A DNA stretch of 49,006 nucleotides from an uncultured Spirochaetota bacterium (GTDB taxonomy: Bacteria; Spirochaetota; Spirochaetia; SZUA-6; CAVTHK01): the NCBI GenBank assembly GCA_963734495.1, contig CAVTHK010000017.1, positions 1 to 49,006 on the forward strand, written 5' to 3'. The notes beneath the pieces are model-generated. The model was not told the DNA's origin. It worked only from the letters and a program-made list of their open reading frames with translations, and did no database searches. Positions 37,675 to 48,412 of this stretch are shown here, one piece after another (within the stretch, counting starts at the first letter, position 1; each line of letters opens with the position of its first letter). Both the position numbers and the translations under genes were made by a program.

Positions 37675-39504
37675 TCAGCCGAACGTGAACGCGAACAGCC
37701 GCAGCTTCCCTTTGACCGCGAGCCGCAGCACGTGGGCACCGCGCTTCGGAAGGCCCACGACCTGATACATACGGCTCTCGCCCGGCGCCAGATTGCCCTT
37801 CCTGACGTCGGGAGTATCGGGCGCCGGCCGCCCGTCGAGCGCCACCTCGATGCTGCCTCCCGGGCCCTGCGGCTCTACCACGAGAAAGACGTTCTTCGCG
37901 TCGAAGCCGAGCTCGAGCGTCCCCTGCGTCTCCGGCACCGCATACTGCGGGGTGATCGTCCACCGGCCGTCGAGGCTCCACTCGCCGTTTCCCGCCGGGT
38001 GCGCGGGCCTGTAGTCGGCCGGGGTGTCGGGCGCGAGCTTGACGGCGGTCGCGAAACCGCTGATGCGGTCGTAGCCGAGGTAGGTCTCGGGCGTCTGGGA
38101 GTCGATCGTCGCGGCCTTCGACGGCGCCCTCGATGCCACGCCGGAGAGATCCGCGCCGGCTTCCCGCAGCAGCGCCTGGATCACGCGCTCGGAGACGTCG
38201 TACTCGCCTTCGCCGAAATGGAAGTAGCGCACCTCTCCCTTGGCGTCGATAAAGTAGTGCGCCGGCCAGTACTGGTTGGCGTAGGCGTTCCACTCCTGGT
38301 AGTCATTGTCCTGCACGACGGGCCAGGTGACGCCGAGCTCGCGCATCGCCTTCGCGACGTTGGCGGGGCTCTTCTCGAACTCGAACTCCGGAGTGTGCAC
38401 GCCGACGATCACCAGGCCGCGGCTCTTGTACGCGTCGTACCAGGCGCGCAGGTAGGGCAGCGTCCGGACGCAGTTCACGCAGCTGTAGGTCCAGAAGTCG
38501 ATCACCACGACCTTGCCCTTCAGGTCGTCCATGGAGAGCGGCATCGACCCGCCCTGCGCGGGCTGGCCCGTCGCCGGGGCGATTCCCTCGGTGTTGAACC
38601 ACAGGCCGCGGGTGACGAACCGCGGCGCGACGCCGTAGTCGCCGAGCGTGCCGTTCTGCGGCGCGGCGTAGGGCGGCGCGGAGAAGGCCGCCGGATCGGC
38701 CGCGCCGGCTCCGCCGCGTCCCGCGCCGCCGGCCGCCTCCCTCGCCTGCAGCGCCGTGCGCACGGGCGCGGTGTTCTCGAGGGCGGTCAGCCCGGAGCCG
38801 TAGCTCGGAAGGGCGGCGAGCACCGCCGTCTGGAACCGCCGGTCCCATCCCAGGCCGATCGCGACAGCCACGAGGATCATGACCACGCCGAAGCCGCGCT
38901 GGATGCCGGCCGTGTTCCTCGAGAGGGCGGGCACGCGGGCGATGAGGGCCCGCCCGCCGAACATGACGGCCAGCATCGGGACGGCGGTGCCGAGCGAGTA
39001 CGTAAGCGTGATCAGAACCGACCCGCCGTCGACGCGGTGCGTGAGCGCCAGGCTGATGACCGAGGCCATGATCGGCCCCACGCAGGGGGTCCAGACCAGG
39101 CCGAGGCTCAGCCCGACGAGCACGCCGCCCCAGAACCCCGCGGGCGCCGCCCCGCCGCCGGCGCGGCGTCCGGCGCCCCCCCGCCCGATGTTGGCGACGC
39201 GCGAGGCGAGCAGCTCGAAGCGATCGCGAAGCGCCGGGACGATCATCACGGCCCCGAACGCCGCGATCAGGACGACGGCGACCACCCTCAGGGAGTCGGC
39301 GTTGATGCCGATCGCCTGGACGAGCGCCGAGAGCGTCACCGTGAAGACGGTGAAGCTGGCCACGAACCCCGCGATCACCCCGAAAGGGCGGGCCCTCCCG
39401 CCGCTCACTCCCCCCGACAGCACGATCGGGAGCACCGGCAGGATGCACGGGGAGAGGATGGTGATCACCCCCGAGACGAATGCGAACGCGAGCAGCACTG
39501 TCAT
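37675..39504 (-). CDS. dipZ: Cytochrome c biogenesis protein DipZ (CcdA/DsbD TM domain + thioredoxin + C-terminal domain)
   Basis: SPCILPVLP, WTPCVGP, DFWTYSCVNC, GVHTPEFEFEK, HFGEGEY, TPETYLG, FTFG C-terminus. Confidence 0.9.
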   Translation of the reverse strand: MTVLLAFAFVSGVITILSPCILPVLPIVLSGGVSGGRARPFGVIAGFVASFTVFTVTLSALVQAIGINADSLRVVAVVLIAAFGAVMIVPALRDRFELLASRVANIGRGGAGRRAGGGAAPAGFWGGVLVGLSLGLVWTPCVGPIMASVISLALTHRVDGGSVLITLTYSLGTAVPMLAVMFGGRALIARVPALSRNTAGIQRGFGVVMILVAVAIGLGWDRRFQTAVLAALPSYGSGLTALENTAPVRTALQAREAAGGAGRGGAGAADPAAFSAPPYAAPQNGTLGDYGVAPRFVTRGLWFNTEGIAPATGQPAQGGSMPLSMDDLKGKVVVIDFWTYSCVNCVRTLPYLRAWYDAYKSRGLVIVGVHTPEFEFEKSPANVAKAMRELGVTWPVVQDNDYQEWNAYANQYWPAHYFIDAKGEVRYFHFGEGEYDVSERVIQALLREAGADLSGVASRAPSKAATIDSQTPETYLGYDRISGFATAVKLAPDTPADYRPAHPAGNGEWSLDGRWTITPQYAVPETQGTLELGFDAKNVFLVVEPQGPGGSIEVALDGRPAPDTPDVRKGNLAPGESRMYQVVGLPKRGAHVLRLAVKGKLRLFAFTFG

Positions 39505-39594
39505 TCTGTCGGCTCCCTGCGGCGGCGGGCCGGCGCCGGCGTCGGGCCCCGCGAGGACGCGGGCCGCCGGCCGTCGCCCCGTCCGCCGCGGGCG

Positions 39595-40203
39595 CTACAT
39601 CGCGGCCGGCAGCTCGAAATTGATCGTCGAGGCCACGACGGCGCCGTCCTGGCCGGCCGTGCCGCGCACGACGATGTGCATGCCTGGCCTCAGGTCGCCC
39701 ACGCTCTGCGTGATCGAGCGGTGGATCTGCGCGTCCCGCGGCACCGTGATCTGTTCGGTCCGGTCTTCGACCTGCATGGTCAAGACGCTGCCGTTCACGG
39801 TGGTGTCGGTCTGGGTAACGACCGCGTTCGTCATGGTGTCTCCCGATTGCATCGGGAACTGCCCCTTGCGGGTGATGCGGTTCCACAGCTCCGGCGAGAA
39901 GATGTTGATGTTGCTCGCGATCATCTCTCCGTTGGAGCGGTGGGACGTCACCGCGAGCGCATCGCCGGCCTTGATCGAGTCCAGCGTCGTGGTCTGGCGC
40001 GCCAGTATCAGCGTGCCGTCGCCGATGGTCACCGTCTTCGTGGTGCCGTCGGCGGCGGTGAGAACGACGTCGTTCCCGCTCACCGAGACGACGTTGCCGT
40101 CGATCATCGCAACGGGCGCCTGAGCCTGCGCCCATCCGCCTGCCGCCGCGGCGACGGTCAGAATGACTACGGCCAGAACGACCGGCCTGTTTCCCCTGCG
40201 CAT
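39595..40203 (-). CDS. Secreted beta-rich hypothetical protein (DUF5666-like tandem domains)
   Basis: Signal peptide; two repeats ending IKAGDALAV / LRPGMHIVV; AGGA/GGAGG RBS. The family is an inference. Confidence 0.65.
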   Translation of the reverse strand: MRRGNRPVVLAVVILTVAAAAGGWAQAQAPVAMIDGNVVSVSGNDVVLTAADGTTKTVTIGDGTLILARQTTTLDSIKAGDALAVTSHRSNGEMIASNINIFSPELWNRITRKGQFPMQSGDTMTNAVVTQTDTTVNGSVLTMQVEDRTEQITVPRDAQIHRSITQSVGDLRPGMHIVVRGTAGQDGAVVASTINFELPAAM

Positions 40204-40294
40204 GTTAAAAGTCCTCCGGCCGTCAATGTAGCCATGGGGGACAGCAGGCGGATAGATCGAAAGGAGCGGGTCGCATCGGCGCGGCCGGGGCCCG

Positions 40295-41374
40295 CTACCG
40301 GTACTTCAGGTCGACCCCCTCGAAGAGCGGCGCGAGCGGATTGTCCTGGAGCGGCAGCATCGAGGAGTACAGCAGGCACTTCGTCCTGAAGTAGGTCGCG
40401 ACGAGGTCGCTCTCCAGGGGCTTCGCGAACCAGGCTGCCGTGTTGAAGTACTCGTACTCCTCCAGGCTGTAGAAGCCGCCGTCGTCGTTCCACGTGCCGA
40501 TCTGCGCGTCGAGCAGGCGGGCGGCAGCCTTCAACATGTCCTCCTTGCGATAGTCGCTGCGTTTCGCGAGGAAGAAGAGCCCGAACGCCAGGTCGTAGTC
40601 CGTCTGGCCCATGCCCCGGCCGCAGTGCCCGTCGCGCCTCTGCATCAGCAGGGTGTTGTCGATCGACTTCTCCAGGTGGCGCATGGGCCGCTCGAACTGC
40701 TCGTAGAGGATCCAGTGGTGAAAGGCCGCGCCGAAGCCCTGGTAGAGCGAAGCGCCCCGGTCGGTGCTCCAGAAGCCGGTGCGCTCGTCCTGGTGCCGGT
40801 CGAGCCACGCGAACACGGCGTCGAGCCAGCCCTCGCGCCCGGCCTCCGACGCGCCCCGCGCTTCGAGCTCGCGCACCTTGAGCAGCGTGGACATCATCAG
40901 CCACACCGACGCCATCCACGGGTCGCTCATCCAGGAGAGCGACTCGAGCCAGGTCGTGAGCTCCTGGCCCGACATGGACAGGAACCTGATCGCGTGCGCG
41001 GGCCGGGCGCCGAGGCACTCGAGCGCCACGTCCGCGAAGCTCGACTGGTGGAAGTACTCTTCGACGCCGCGTTTTCCCGATCGGAAGAACGGAATGGCGG
41101 GATCGTTGAACCACCCGCTTCCGGGGTCCTGGTAGCCGCGGAGGTATTCGACCCACTGGCCGCGCTCCCAGGCGCTCAGCCGGCCGAGGTCGCGGTAGAA
41201 CCATCGGACCAGGGCTGCATAGCAGGACTGGTACATGCCCGCGGGGACGGTCCCCTCGCTGCTGCCCCGGTAGACGCCGCAGGTCTTGCCTTCGACCCGC
41301 AGCGACTCGACCCATGCGAGGACGCGCCGCTTGAGATCGGCCGCGTCGACGTCGCGATAGCTCTGCCGTGTCAT
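40295..41374 (-). CDS. Hypothetical protein with QW-like (prenyltransferase/squalene-oxidase) alpha/alpha-barrel repeats
   Basis: YQDPGSGWF, HQDERTGFW, MQRRDGHC, WNDDGGF; GGAGG RBS; high-GC3 frame. Confidence 0.65.
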   Translation of the reverse strand: MTRQSYRDVDAADLKRRVLAWVESLRVEGKTCGVYRGSSEGTVPAGMYQSCYAALVRWFYRDLGRLSAWERGQWVEYLRGYQDPGSGWFNDPAIPFFRSGKRGVEEYFHQSSFADVALECLGARPAHAIRFLSMSGQELTTWLESLSWMSDPWMASVWLMMSTLLKVRELEARGASEAGREGWLDAVFAWLDRHQDERTGFWSTDRGASLYQGFGAAFHHWILYEQFERPMRHLEKSIDNTLLMQRRDGHCGRGMGQTDYDLAFGLFFLAKRSDYRKEDMLKAAARLLDAQIGTWNDDGGFYSLEEYEYFNTAAWFAKPLESDLVATYFRTKCLLYSSMLPLQDNPLAPLFEGVDLKYR

Positions 41375-41386
41375 CGCGCGCCTCCC

Positions 41387-43596
41387 TCAGCCGCGAATCA
41401 CCAGTGAGGACAGCGCGGGCATCTCGATCTCGAGCGCGCCGTCCTGGACGCGTGCCTTCTCCCTGCGGCCCGAGTCCCGCTGCACTTCGAGCGCGCCGTC
41501 CGCCGTCGCGCCGAGCCTCACTCGCGCCTTCTGCGCCGCGGTCGTGTGGTTGATGAGCACCGTGCCGCGCTTCCCCTCGGGCGAGGTCCACGACGAGCCG
41601 ATGACCGCGGGCACCGCGAGGTGAAAGTCGCTTACCGCGTCGGTTGGAGTGGCCGTCGGCGCTCCGTCGGGTGCAGTCGTCGCCTTCGAGGATCGTCGCG
41701 ATCGCGCACGAGATCTCCGGCGGCCGCTCCATGCGGCCGAGGACGAGGAACTCGCGGGCGTGCTCGCGCCGCAGCCGGTTCAGCTCCCTCAGGTACTTCT
41801 CCGTCTGCTCCGGCGGGTAGACGCTCTCGATCGTCTGGTCGAAGTCGTCGATCTCGTGCGTCTGCATGGCGATCTTGCCCTCTTCGCTGAGGTTGACCAT
41901 GAGCATGTCGCCGCTGGCGATCGTGATCGCGCTCAGGAAGTAGAAGTTGTCGGGCGTGTTCCACGAGCCGGCATTCTCTCCGCAGAACCCCTGGGCGTAC
42001 TGGTGGTAGACGAACTGGAAGAGCGGGATCATCTCCCACCCTTTGAAGCGCATCGGGGCGAGCCCGCGCTCGACGAAGCCGTGCCCCACCTGCAGCAGGG
42101 CCTCGGTCGGCTCGCCTTCGACGGTAAAGATGAAGGGCTTCGAGGCCGCCTGGATCTCGCGGATCAGCGACACCGCCAGGTCGCTCTGCCATCTGCCCGG
42201 CCCGGGAGTGTGGCCGTGCTCGGCGCTCCAGCAGTCGTAGAGCCGGCCATTGAATGTATCGAGCTGAAGGTAATCCGCCCCGCACTCCGCGAGCCTGCGG
42301 AAGCTGTCGACGATCTCGGACCGGGTCACCGGGGCGCCGCCGCACATGAAGTAGCGCTTGCGCCACTCCCAGTCGTACTTGCTCGTGATCGGCCTGCCCT
42401 GCTCGTCGACGCAGGCGTTGCCCATCGCGTCGTGCTCCTCGAACCAGCGGCTGCCGTCGTAGCCGGTGGAGTGGGCGCGCAGGCACCACTTGAGCGGCAG
42501 GATGTAGAAGCCTCCGTAGTGGCCGTGTTCGTGCAGCAGGTCCAGGAAGCGCTTGACGCCGTCGAAGCCGGAAAGCGGCGGGAAGTGCTCGCCGTTGACA
42601 AAGGCGCCGTTGGCTTCCCAGTGGAAGACCTGCACCTTGAAGGTGCTCTCGAGCCGCTTCGCGAGATCGAGGATGTGCGGCACGCCCTTGTCCAGGGGGT
42701 GGCACCACTGCGAGGGCCTCTGGCCCATGTCGGAGTTCCGCTTGCCGCGCTCCTTGATCGAAAGCACGATCGGCGACTCGAGCCACCACTTCGGCACGTC
42801 GGGGCGTTCGGAGAGCTTGCGCGACGTCCACTCCTGGGTGTAGGCCCACTCGCGGTACTTTTCCGCCGCGGCGCACCACGACCCGTCCGGCGAGGATCTC
42901 GAGGCCGACGGGGTAGGGCAGCGTGAACTTCGCGTCTGGTCCGCCTCGTCGAACAAGTGAGTCGAGGACACCTTGAGGTTCCTGCCGTCCCAGATCGGCT
43001 GGAGTTCTTCGAGCAGTGGCGGCCGTCCATCGGGCACAGGTAGACGCTCTCCGACCGCGTCCCGAAGGCGATCATCTGGAGGGGCGCGGCGAAGCTGCCG
43101 TCGAAACGGCTTGCGCGGGGAGCTGAACGCGTTCTCGAAGCCGTGAAACACGATCCCGTTGTTCATCGCGTCGCTCGCCAGCGCCCAGTCGGAGGAGGGC
43201 CCTTCGAGGGCGGGCGGAAGCAGGAGCAGCGGGTACTCGACGGAGACGAGCCTGTGCCCGGTCCTGTTGCGGATCGAGATGCCGAACGAGAGGGCCGTCC
43301 GGTCGCCCGGCTCGACGGTGCAGGTCACGCAGAGGTTCGCGCCGCCGAGAAAGTTGTACCAGAGGCGCAGCCCGCTGCCCTCCGGGGAGACTCGACGTGC
43401 GCCGTGGCCGCGTCAGCGGCGGTGAAGACGCAGCTCCTTCCCGTCGGTCGGTGCGCAGCACGACCGCGAAGACCGGCTGCGGGACGCCGCGCAGGTACTC
43501 CATGCCGCTCTCGGTGTTCCTGAGCACCGAGAGCAGCCCCGTGTCCTTGTTGAAGCCCACCATCGTCCGGCCGCCGGCCAACAGGGCGAGACTCAT
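41387..43596 (-). CDS. DUF6259-like putative glycoside hydrolase, multiple frameshifts
   Basis: GAGGAGG RBS; pieces MSLALL..., EYPLL, W..AAEKYREWA, FMCGG, DYLQLD, CWSAEHGHTPGPG, PLFQFVYH, FLVLGRM spread over several frames. Confidence 0.6.
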
Positions 43597-43620
43597 GCGA
43601 ACGACCTCCTCACGCAAAGA

Positions 43621-43645
43621 GAGCCGGCCCCGGCGGGGCCGGCTC
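43621..43645 (-). other. Intercistronic stem-loop after the solute-binding protein gene
   Basis: GAGCCGGCCCCG-G-CGGGGCCGGCTC near-perfect inverted repeat. Confidence 0.6.
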
Positions 43646-43675
43646 CCGAAATCCCGATCGGCGTCGCCGCCGGAG

Positions 43676-45186
43676 CTACTTCTTCTGGCTCTTGTACCAC
43701 TCGGTGTAGAGCCGGATCCACTCGTTGCCGCCCGCCTTGCGCCAGTTGGCGATAAAGCCGTCCCACTCCTTGTCGATGTCGAGCTGGCCCATGATCGCCT
43801 TGTTGCGGAAGGCCCGCTCCTGCGTGTTGAGATCGTACTTGGCGAGATCGAGGAAGTAGGGGGCCTGGAGGCTGATCGTGTCGTACTTGCCGAGATCGTC
43901 GCTCATCCTGAGCTGAGCCAGGCCGTCGTCGCCCCAGGACTGCTTGAGCAGCGCCTGGACCTGGTCGTCGATCTTGACCTTCTGCATGCCCGTCGTGATC
44001 CAGCGCCAGGCCCAGTTCTTGCCCTTGCGATCCGGCCGTATCACGACCTGGCCGTCCTTGAGGTCGTAGTCCAGGCCCGGCAGGCCGGCGTGCACGAAGG
44101 TGCCGCCCTCGGGCGAGAGGGCCCAGTCCTCGAGCGCGATCACCTTTTCCGGGTGCTTCGAGGACTTCGTGATCCCGATGTAGTGCCTCACGGGTCCGCC
44201 GTAGACGAACTTGGCGGGGCTGCCGTCGGCCCTTGCCGGGGGGCCCATCGCGATGAGGTCGTCGCGTGTGCCGCCGATGCTCCGGTACTCCTGGATGCTC
44301 CAGAACCAGTAGAAGCTGCCGTACTTGCCGCTCTTGGCCTTTTCCCACTCCTGCTGGTTCGTGGTGGTGACGTACTCGGGGTCAATGACCTTTTCGGAAT
44401 AGAGGGTGCGCATGAACTTGAGCCAGTTCTTGTACCCCTGCTGGATGTAGAAGGGCCTCACCTCCCCGTCGATGAACCGGGTCTCCGCCGCGTCGAACGA
44501 GTCGAGGAACATCGTCACGCCATGGCCCGGGATGTCCACGTCCTGCGCGGTGATTCCGTACGTGTCGGCTTTGCCGTTCTTGTCCGGATCGTCGGTGACG
44601 AAGCGCAGCAGCATCTTGTGGTAGTCGTCGAGGGTCTTGACCTTCGTGGTGTCGATGCCCAGGTTCTTCACGAAGTCCTTGCGCACGAAGTAGAGGTACG
44701 GCGACTTGTCGAAGCGCTGCATCGGCAGGGCATAGATCTTGCCGTCCACCGTGGCCATGTCCCAGGAGGCCTGGTCCAGGTCGGTCTTGATGTACCTGGT
44801 GGACTTGATCAGGTCGTCGAGCGGGATGATCAGGCCCTCCTTGGCCCAGCGGGTGAGCTGCGCCTTTCCGCCGGTGCGCGTGATCTGCAGGTAGTCCGGC
44901 AGGTCGCCCGAAGCCATGATCGTGGCCACCTTGGTGTCGTACTGTTGGAGTTGGGCTCGTTGATGATCTCGATGTCTACGTTGTTCTTTTCCTCGATGAA
45001 CTTGATGTAGGGGTTGTCATTGACGTCGTGGCCCTCGGTGTCGACGTTGATGTTGGTCAGGAAGACCAGCTTGATCCTGCCCCCCGCCGCCCCTTCCTTC
45101 TGGGCGGACGCGAAGCCGGCCGCGGCGATCAGCGCGAACGCGAGGGCCAGCGACAGCGACTGCGCGCCCCTTGAATCTGCACCCAT
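43676..45186 (-). CDS. Extracellular solute-binding protein (LplA-like; frameshift near 44935)
   Basis: Signal peptide then NPYIKFIEEKNNVDI in one frame; ASGDLPD, DGKIYALP, DPDKNGKADTYG, WRKAGG in the next. Confidence 0.85.
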
Positions 45187-45278
45187 CTTGCCTCTCCTTT
45201 GAATGACCGTGTTTCCAGCGGAGTCAACGACTCCGTCGATGCCCGATTTGCGGCCGGACTCCCGGACTCCGCCCGCGC

Positions 45279-46146
45279 TCATCCCTTGATCGCCCCGATC
45301 ATCACCCCCTTGATGAAGTACCTCTGGATGAACGGGTAGACCAGCAGGATCGGCAGCGTCCCGGCAAAGACCGCGGCGGTCTGGATCGAGAGCGTCGGCA
45401 TGTCCTGCTCCGACATGCTCGCGAACATGTCGATCATCTGGGAGCGCTGGACGAGGTCCAGCAGGTAGATCTGCAGGGGCTTGAGCGTGGACTTGTTGAT
45501 GTAGATGACCGCGTCCATCACCGCGTTCCAGTGCTGCACCGCGACGAAAAGCGTGATCGTCGCCACAGCCGGAAGGGAGAGCGGCACGATCAGCCTGTTG
45601 AAGATCGTGATGTCGTTCGCTCCGTCGATCTTGGCCGAGTCCACGATGCTGTCGGGGATCGAGGAGAAGAAGCTCACGAGGATGATGACGTTCCACGCGC
45701 TGATCGCGTCGGGGATGATGAGCGCCCAGATCGTGTTGAGTATCCCCGTGTACCGCACGATCAGGTAGGTCGGGATGATGCCGCCGTTGAACAGCAGCGT
45801 GAAGACCACGTAGAACACGAAGAAGCGGCGGCCCCAGAGGTTCTTGCGCGAGAGGGGATAGGCGACCATGCAGCTGCAGCGCGAGGTTGATCGCGGTCCC
45901 CAGGACGGTCCTGATCACGGAGACCTTGAAGGCGTTGTAGAAGATCGCCTGCCTGAGGATGATCTTGTAGGCCTCCGTGGAGAAGCCGCGAGGCAGGAGC
46001 ATGACCTGGCCCTGCTTGACGAACGCCGGGTCGCTGAACGAGACGGTCAGGACGTAGTAGAAGGGCAGCAGGCACAGCCCCGCGATGACCGCGAGGAGCG
46101 CCGCGTTGATCGCCGGAAAGACCCTCGGAAGCCGCTTCTCGCTCAT
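45279..46146 (-). CDS. Carbohydrate ABC transporter permease (frameshift near 45875)
   Basis: LLPFYYVLTVSFS, AYPLSRK, FNGGIIPTYL, DSAKIDGA, YPFIQRYFIKGVMIGAIKG. Confidence 0.88.
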
Positions 46147-47110
46147 GCGCCTTCACCAGATGCTCTTGCCCGACGAGCTTCTGCGAAACAAAGTTGCTCG
46201 CGTAGATCATCAGCGAGCCCGATGAGCGACTGGAACAGGCCGATGGCCGTCGTGATGCTGAACTGGGCGTTGCCGATCCCGATGCGGTAGACGTAGGTGC
46301 TGATGACGTCGCCGACGTCGTAGACCGTGGGGTTGTAGAGCACGTAGATCTGGTCGAAGCCGATCATCATGATCCGCCCCACGTTCAGCAGCAGGATAAA
46401 GACGATGGTCTCGCTGATGCTCGGCAGCGTCACGTGCCAGATCTGGTCCCAGCGGTTGGCGCCGTCGATCCTGGCGGCGTCGTAGAGCTCGGGGTCGACC
46501 CCCGTGAGCGCGGCCAGGTAGATGATGGTGCCCCAGCCCGTGTTCTTCCAGATGTCCGAGATCACGACGATCGGCCTGAACCACGCCGAGGTGGTCATGA
46601 AGAAGATCGGCTGCCGCCGAGCGCCTTGATCAGCCGCGTTGACGATGCCGGTGCTCGGCGAAAGGAACTGGATCACGATGCTGCCGAAGATGACCCAGGA
46701 GACGAAGTGGGGAATGTAGATCGGCGGTCTGGACGAACTTCTTGAAGCGCGTCCGTGCGCAGCTCGTTGAGGAGAAGGGCGATGACGATCGGGGCGGGAA
46801 AGGAGAAGATCAGCCGGTACACGTTGATCAGCAGCGTGTTGCGGACGATCTTGTAGAAGTCCGCCTGCTGGAAGAACAGGAACCTGAAGTTCTCCCAGCC
46901 GATCCAGCGGCTGCCGAAGATGCCCTTCGAGAAGCTGAAGTCCTTGAAGGCGATCACGAGGCCGAGCATCGGCAGGTAGCGGTAGATGAAGAACCAGAGG
47001 ACCCCGGGCAGAAGCAGCGCCAGCAGGTAGCGGTCGTTCAGGAAATGCCGCCACCTCCGGCCCCGCCTCTTCGTCCGACACCGTGGAAGCTCGCGCGCTG
47101 CGTCGGCCAT
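46143..47110 (-). CDS. Carbohydrate ABC transporter permease (LplB-like; several frameshifts)
   Basis: YLPMLGLVIAFKDF, WIGWENF, IPHFVSW, WKNTGWGTIIYLAAL, AARIDGANR, DVISTYVY in alternating frames. Confidence 0.85.
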
Positions 47111-47196
47111 GACCCCCCCGGGGACGCACGATTGTAGAGCGTCCGGCGCGGAAAGGGAAGTGGTCGCAGAGCCGTCGGGGCCGGCGGCCGCTGGGT

Positions 47197-47712
47197 CTAC
47201 GCCAGCATCGACTTCCAGGCGCCGTGGATCTGCCGCCCCATGACGAGCTCGCCCAGGTGATAGGCGGTGTGATCGACGATGATGAACGCCGAACGCAGGA
47301 TGCTGCGGTTCTCCATGTGAGCGACGGGCGCCAGCAGGTTGACCTGAGGGTCCTCGACGAGCGCGATCAGGTCCGCTCGATCCGACAGGTACTGCTCGAT
47401 CGTCCGGTCCCAGCCGGCACGGTCGGTCGTCGCGCCCTGATCCGGCCAGTACCCCCGCGGCCATTCGGGGGACACGTGCTTCGGGTCCGCGATGTAGCGC
47501 AGCATGTCCCACTGCGTGATCCGGATATGCTCGAGCTGGTGCCAGAAGGTGTACGGCACGTGCGAAGGCTTCGTGTTCATGAGGCTCTGCGGAAAGTCGC
47601 GGACGGCCTCCTCGAACGTCAGGTGAGCGCCCTTGCCCTCCAGGCCGGCCACCAGCCGCGTCCTCGCTTCCCGGTTCATCGCCTCGACGGTCATCTCTTT
47701 TCCGGCAGGCAT
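47197..47712 (-). CDS. DinB-family protein
   Basis: AHLTFEEAV..FP, WHQLEHIR, YWP, DHTAYHLGE metal-binding His set; GGAGG RBS. Confidence 0.88.
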   Translation of the reverse strand: MPAGKEMTVEAMNREARTRLVAGLEGKGAHLTFEEAVRDFPQSLMNTKPSHVPYTFWHQLEHIRITQWDMLRYIADPKHVSPEWPRGYWPDQGATTDRAGWDRTIEQYLSDRADLIALVEDPQVNLLAPVAHMENRSILRSAFIIVDHTAYHLGELVMGRQIHGAWKSMLA

Positions 47713-47824
47713 GTCGTCCTCCTGATCCGCGTGTGCTTCCAGTGTACTTCCGCCGGAAGAGGTCGTGCACCGGCCGCATCGAGGGCCCGCGCGCGCGTTA
47801 TCTTCGGGCGCGGGAGGAAGTGCC

Positions 47825-48412
47825 ATGGCGAAAGGTGCGCCGCGGGGCGACGAGACGCTGGCGTTTCGCACGCAGCGGGAGTGGGCGGCATGGCTGGCGA
47901 AGAACCACTCGGGCCCGACCGGAGCCTGGCTCGAGTTCGCCAGGGCCGCGGGGCGAGGCGCGGCCTTTTCGCATGACCAGGCGCTCGAGACAGCCCTCTG
48001 CTACGGCTGGATCGACGGCAGGTCAAAGAGGGTGGACGCGTCGTCCTGGGTGCAGTGGTTCGGCCCTCGCCGCCCCAGGAGCATCTGGTCGAAGATCAAC
48101 CGGGAGAAGGTCGAAAAGCTCATCAAAGAGGGCAAAATGAAGGCTGCCGGCCTGGCGGCCGTCGAGAGCGCGCGGCGGGACGGCCGCTGGGACGCGGCCT
48201 ACGACTCGCCCGCCAGGGCTTCGGTGCCGCCCGACCTGCAGCAGGCGCTGGACGCGAGCCCCCGGGCCGCCGCCTTCTTCGCGACCCTTGACAGCCGCAA
48301 CCGATACGCCATCCTGTTCAGGACCCACAACGCGCGAAGGCCCGAAACGCGCGCGAGGCGGATCGCCGCATTCGTCGGGATGCTGGAGCGAGGCGAAAAG
48401 ATCCATCCGTGA
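47825..48412 (+). CDS. YdeI/OmpD-associated family protein
   Basis: EW.AWL..NH, ALCYGWID, PRR.RS.WSKIN, G.M..AG, GRW..AYD, ETRARRI. Confidence 0.9.
   Translation: MAKGAPRGDETLAFRTQREWAAWLAKNHSGPTGAWLEFARAAGRGAAFSHDQALETALCYGWIDGRSKRVDASSWVQWFGPRRPRSIWSKINREKVEKLIKEGKMKAAGLAAVESARRDGRWDAAYDSPARASVPPDLQQALDASPRAAAFFATLDSRNRYAILFRTHNARRPETRARRIAAFVGMLERGEKIHP

Noticed and set aside
40167-43328. 1053-aa ORF as a single protein
   Set aside because: Only parts are in the true frame of the DUF6259-like gene; the C-terminal part is an off-frame read through the next gene.
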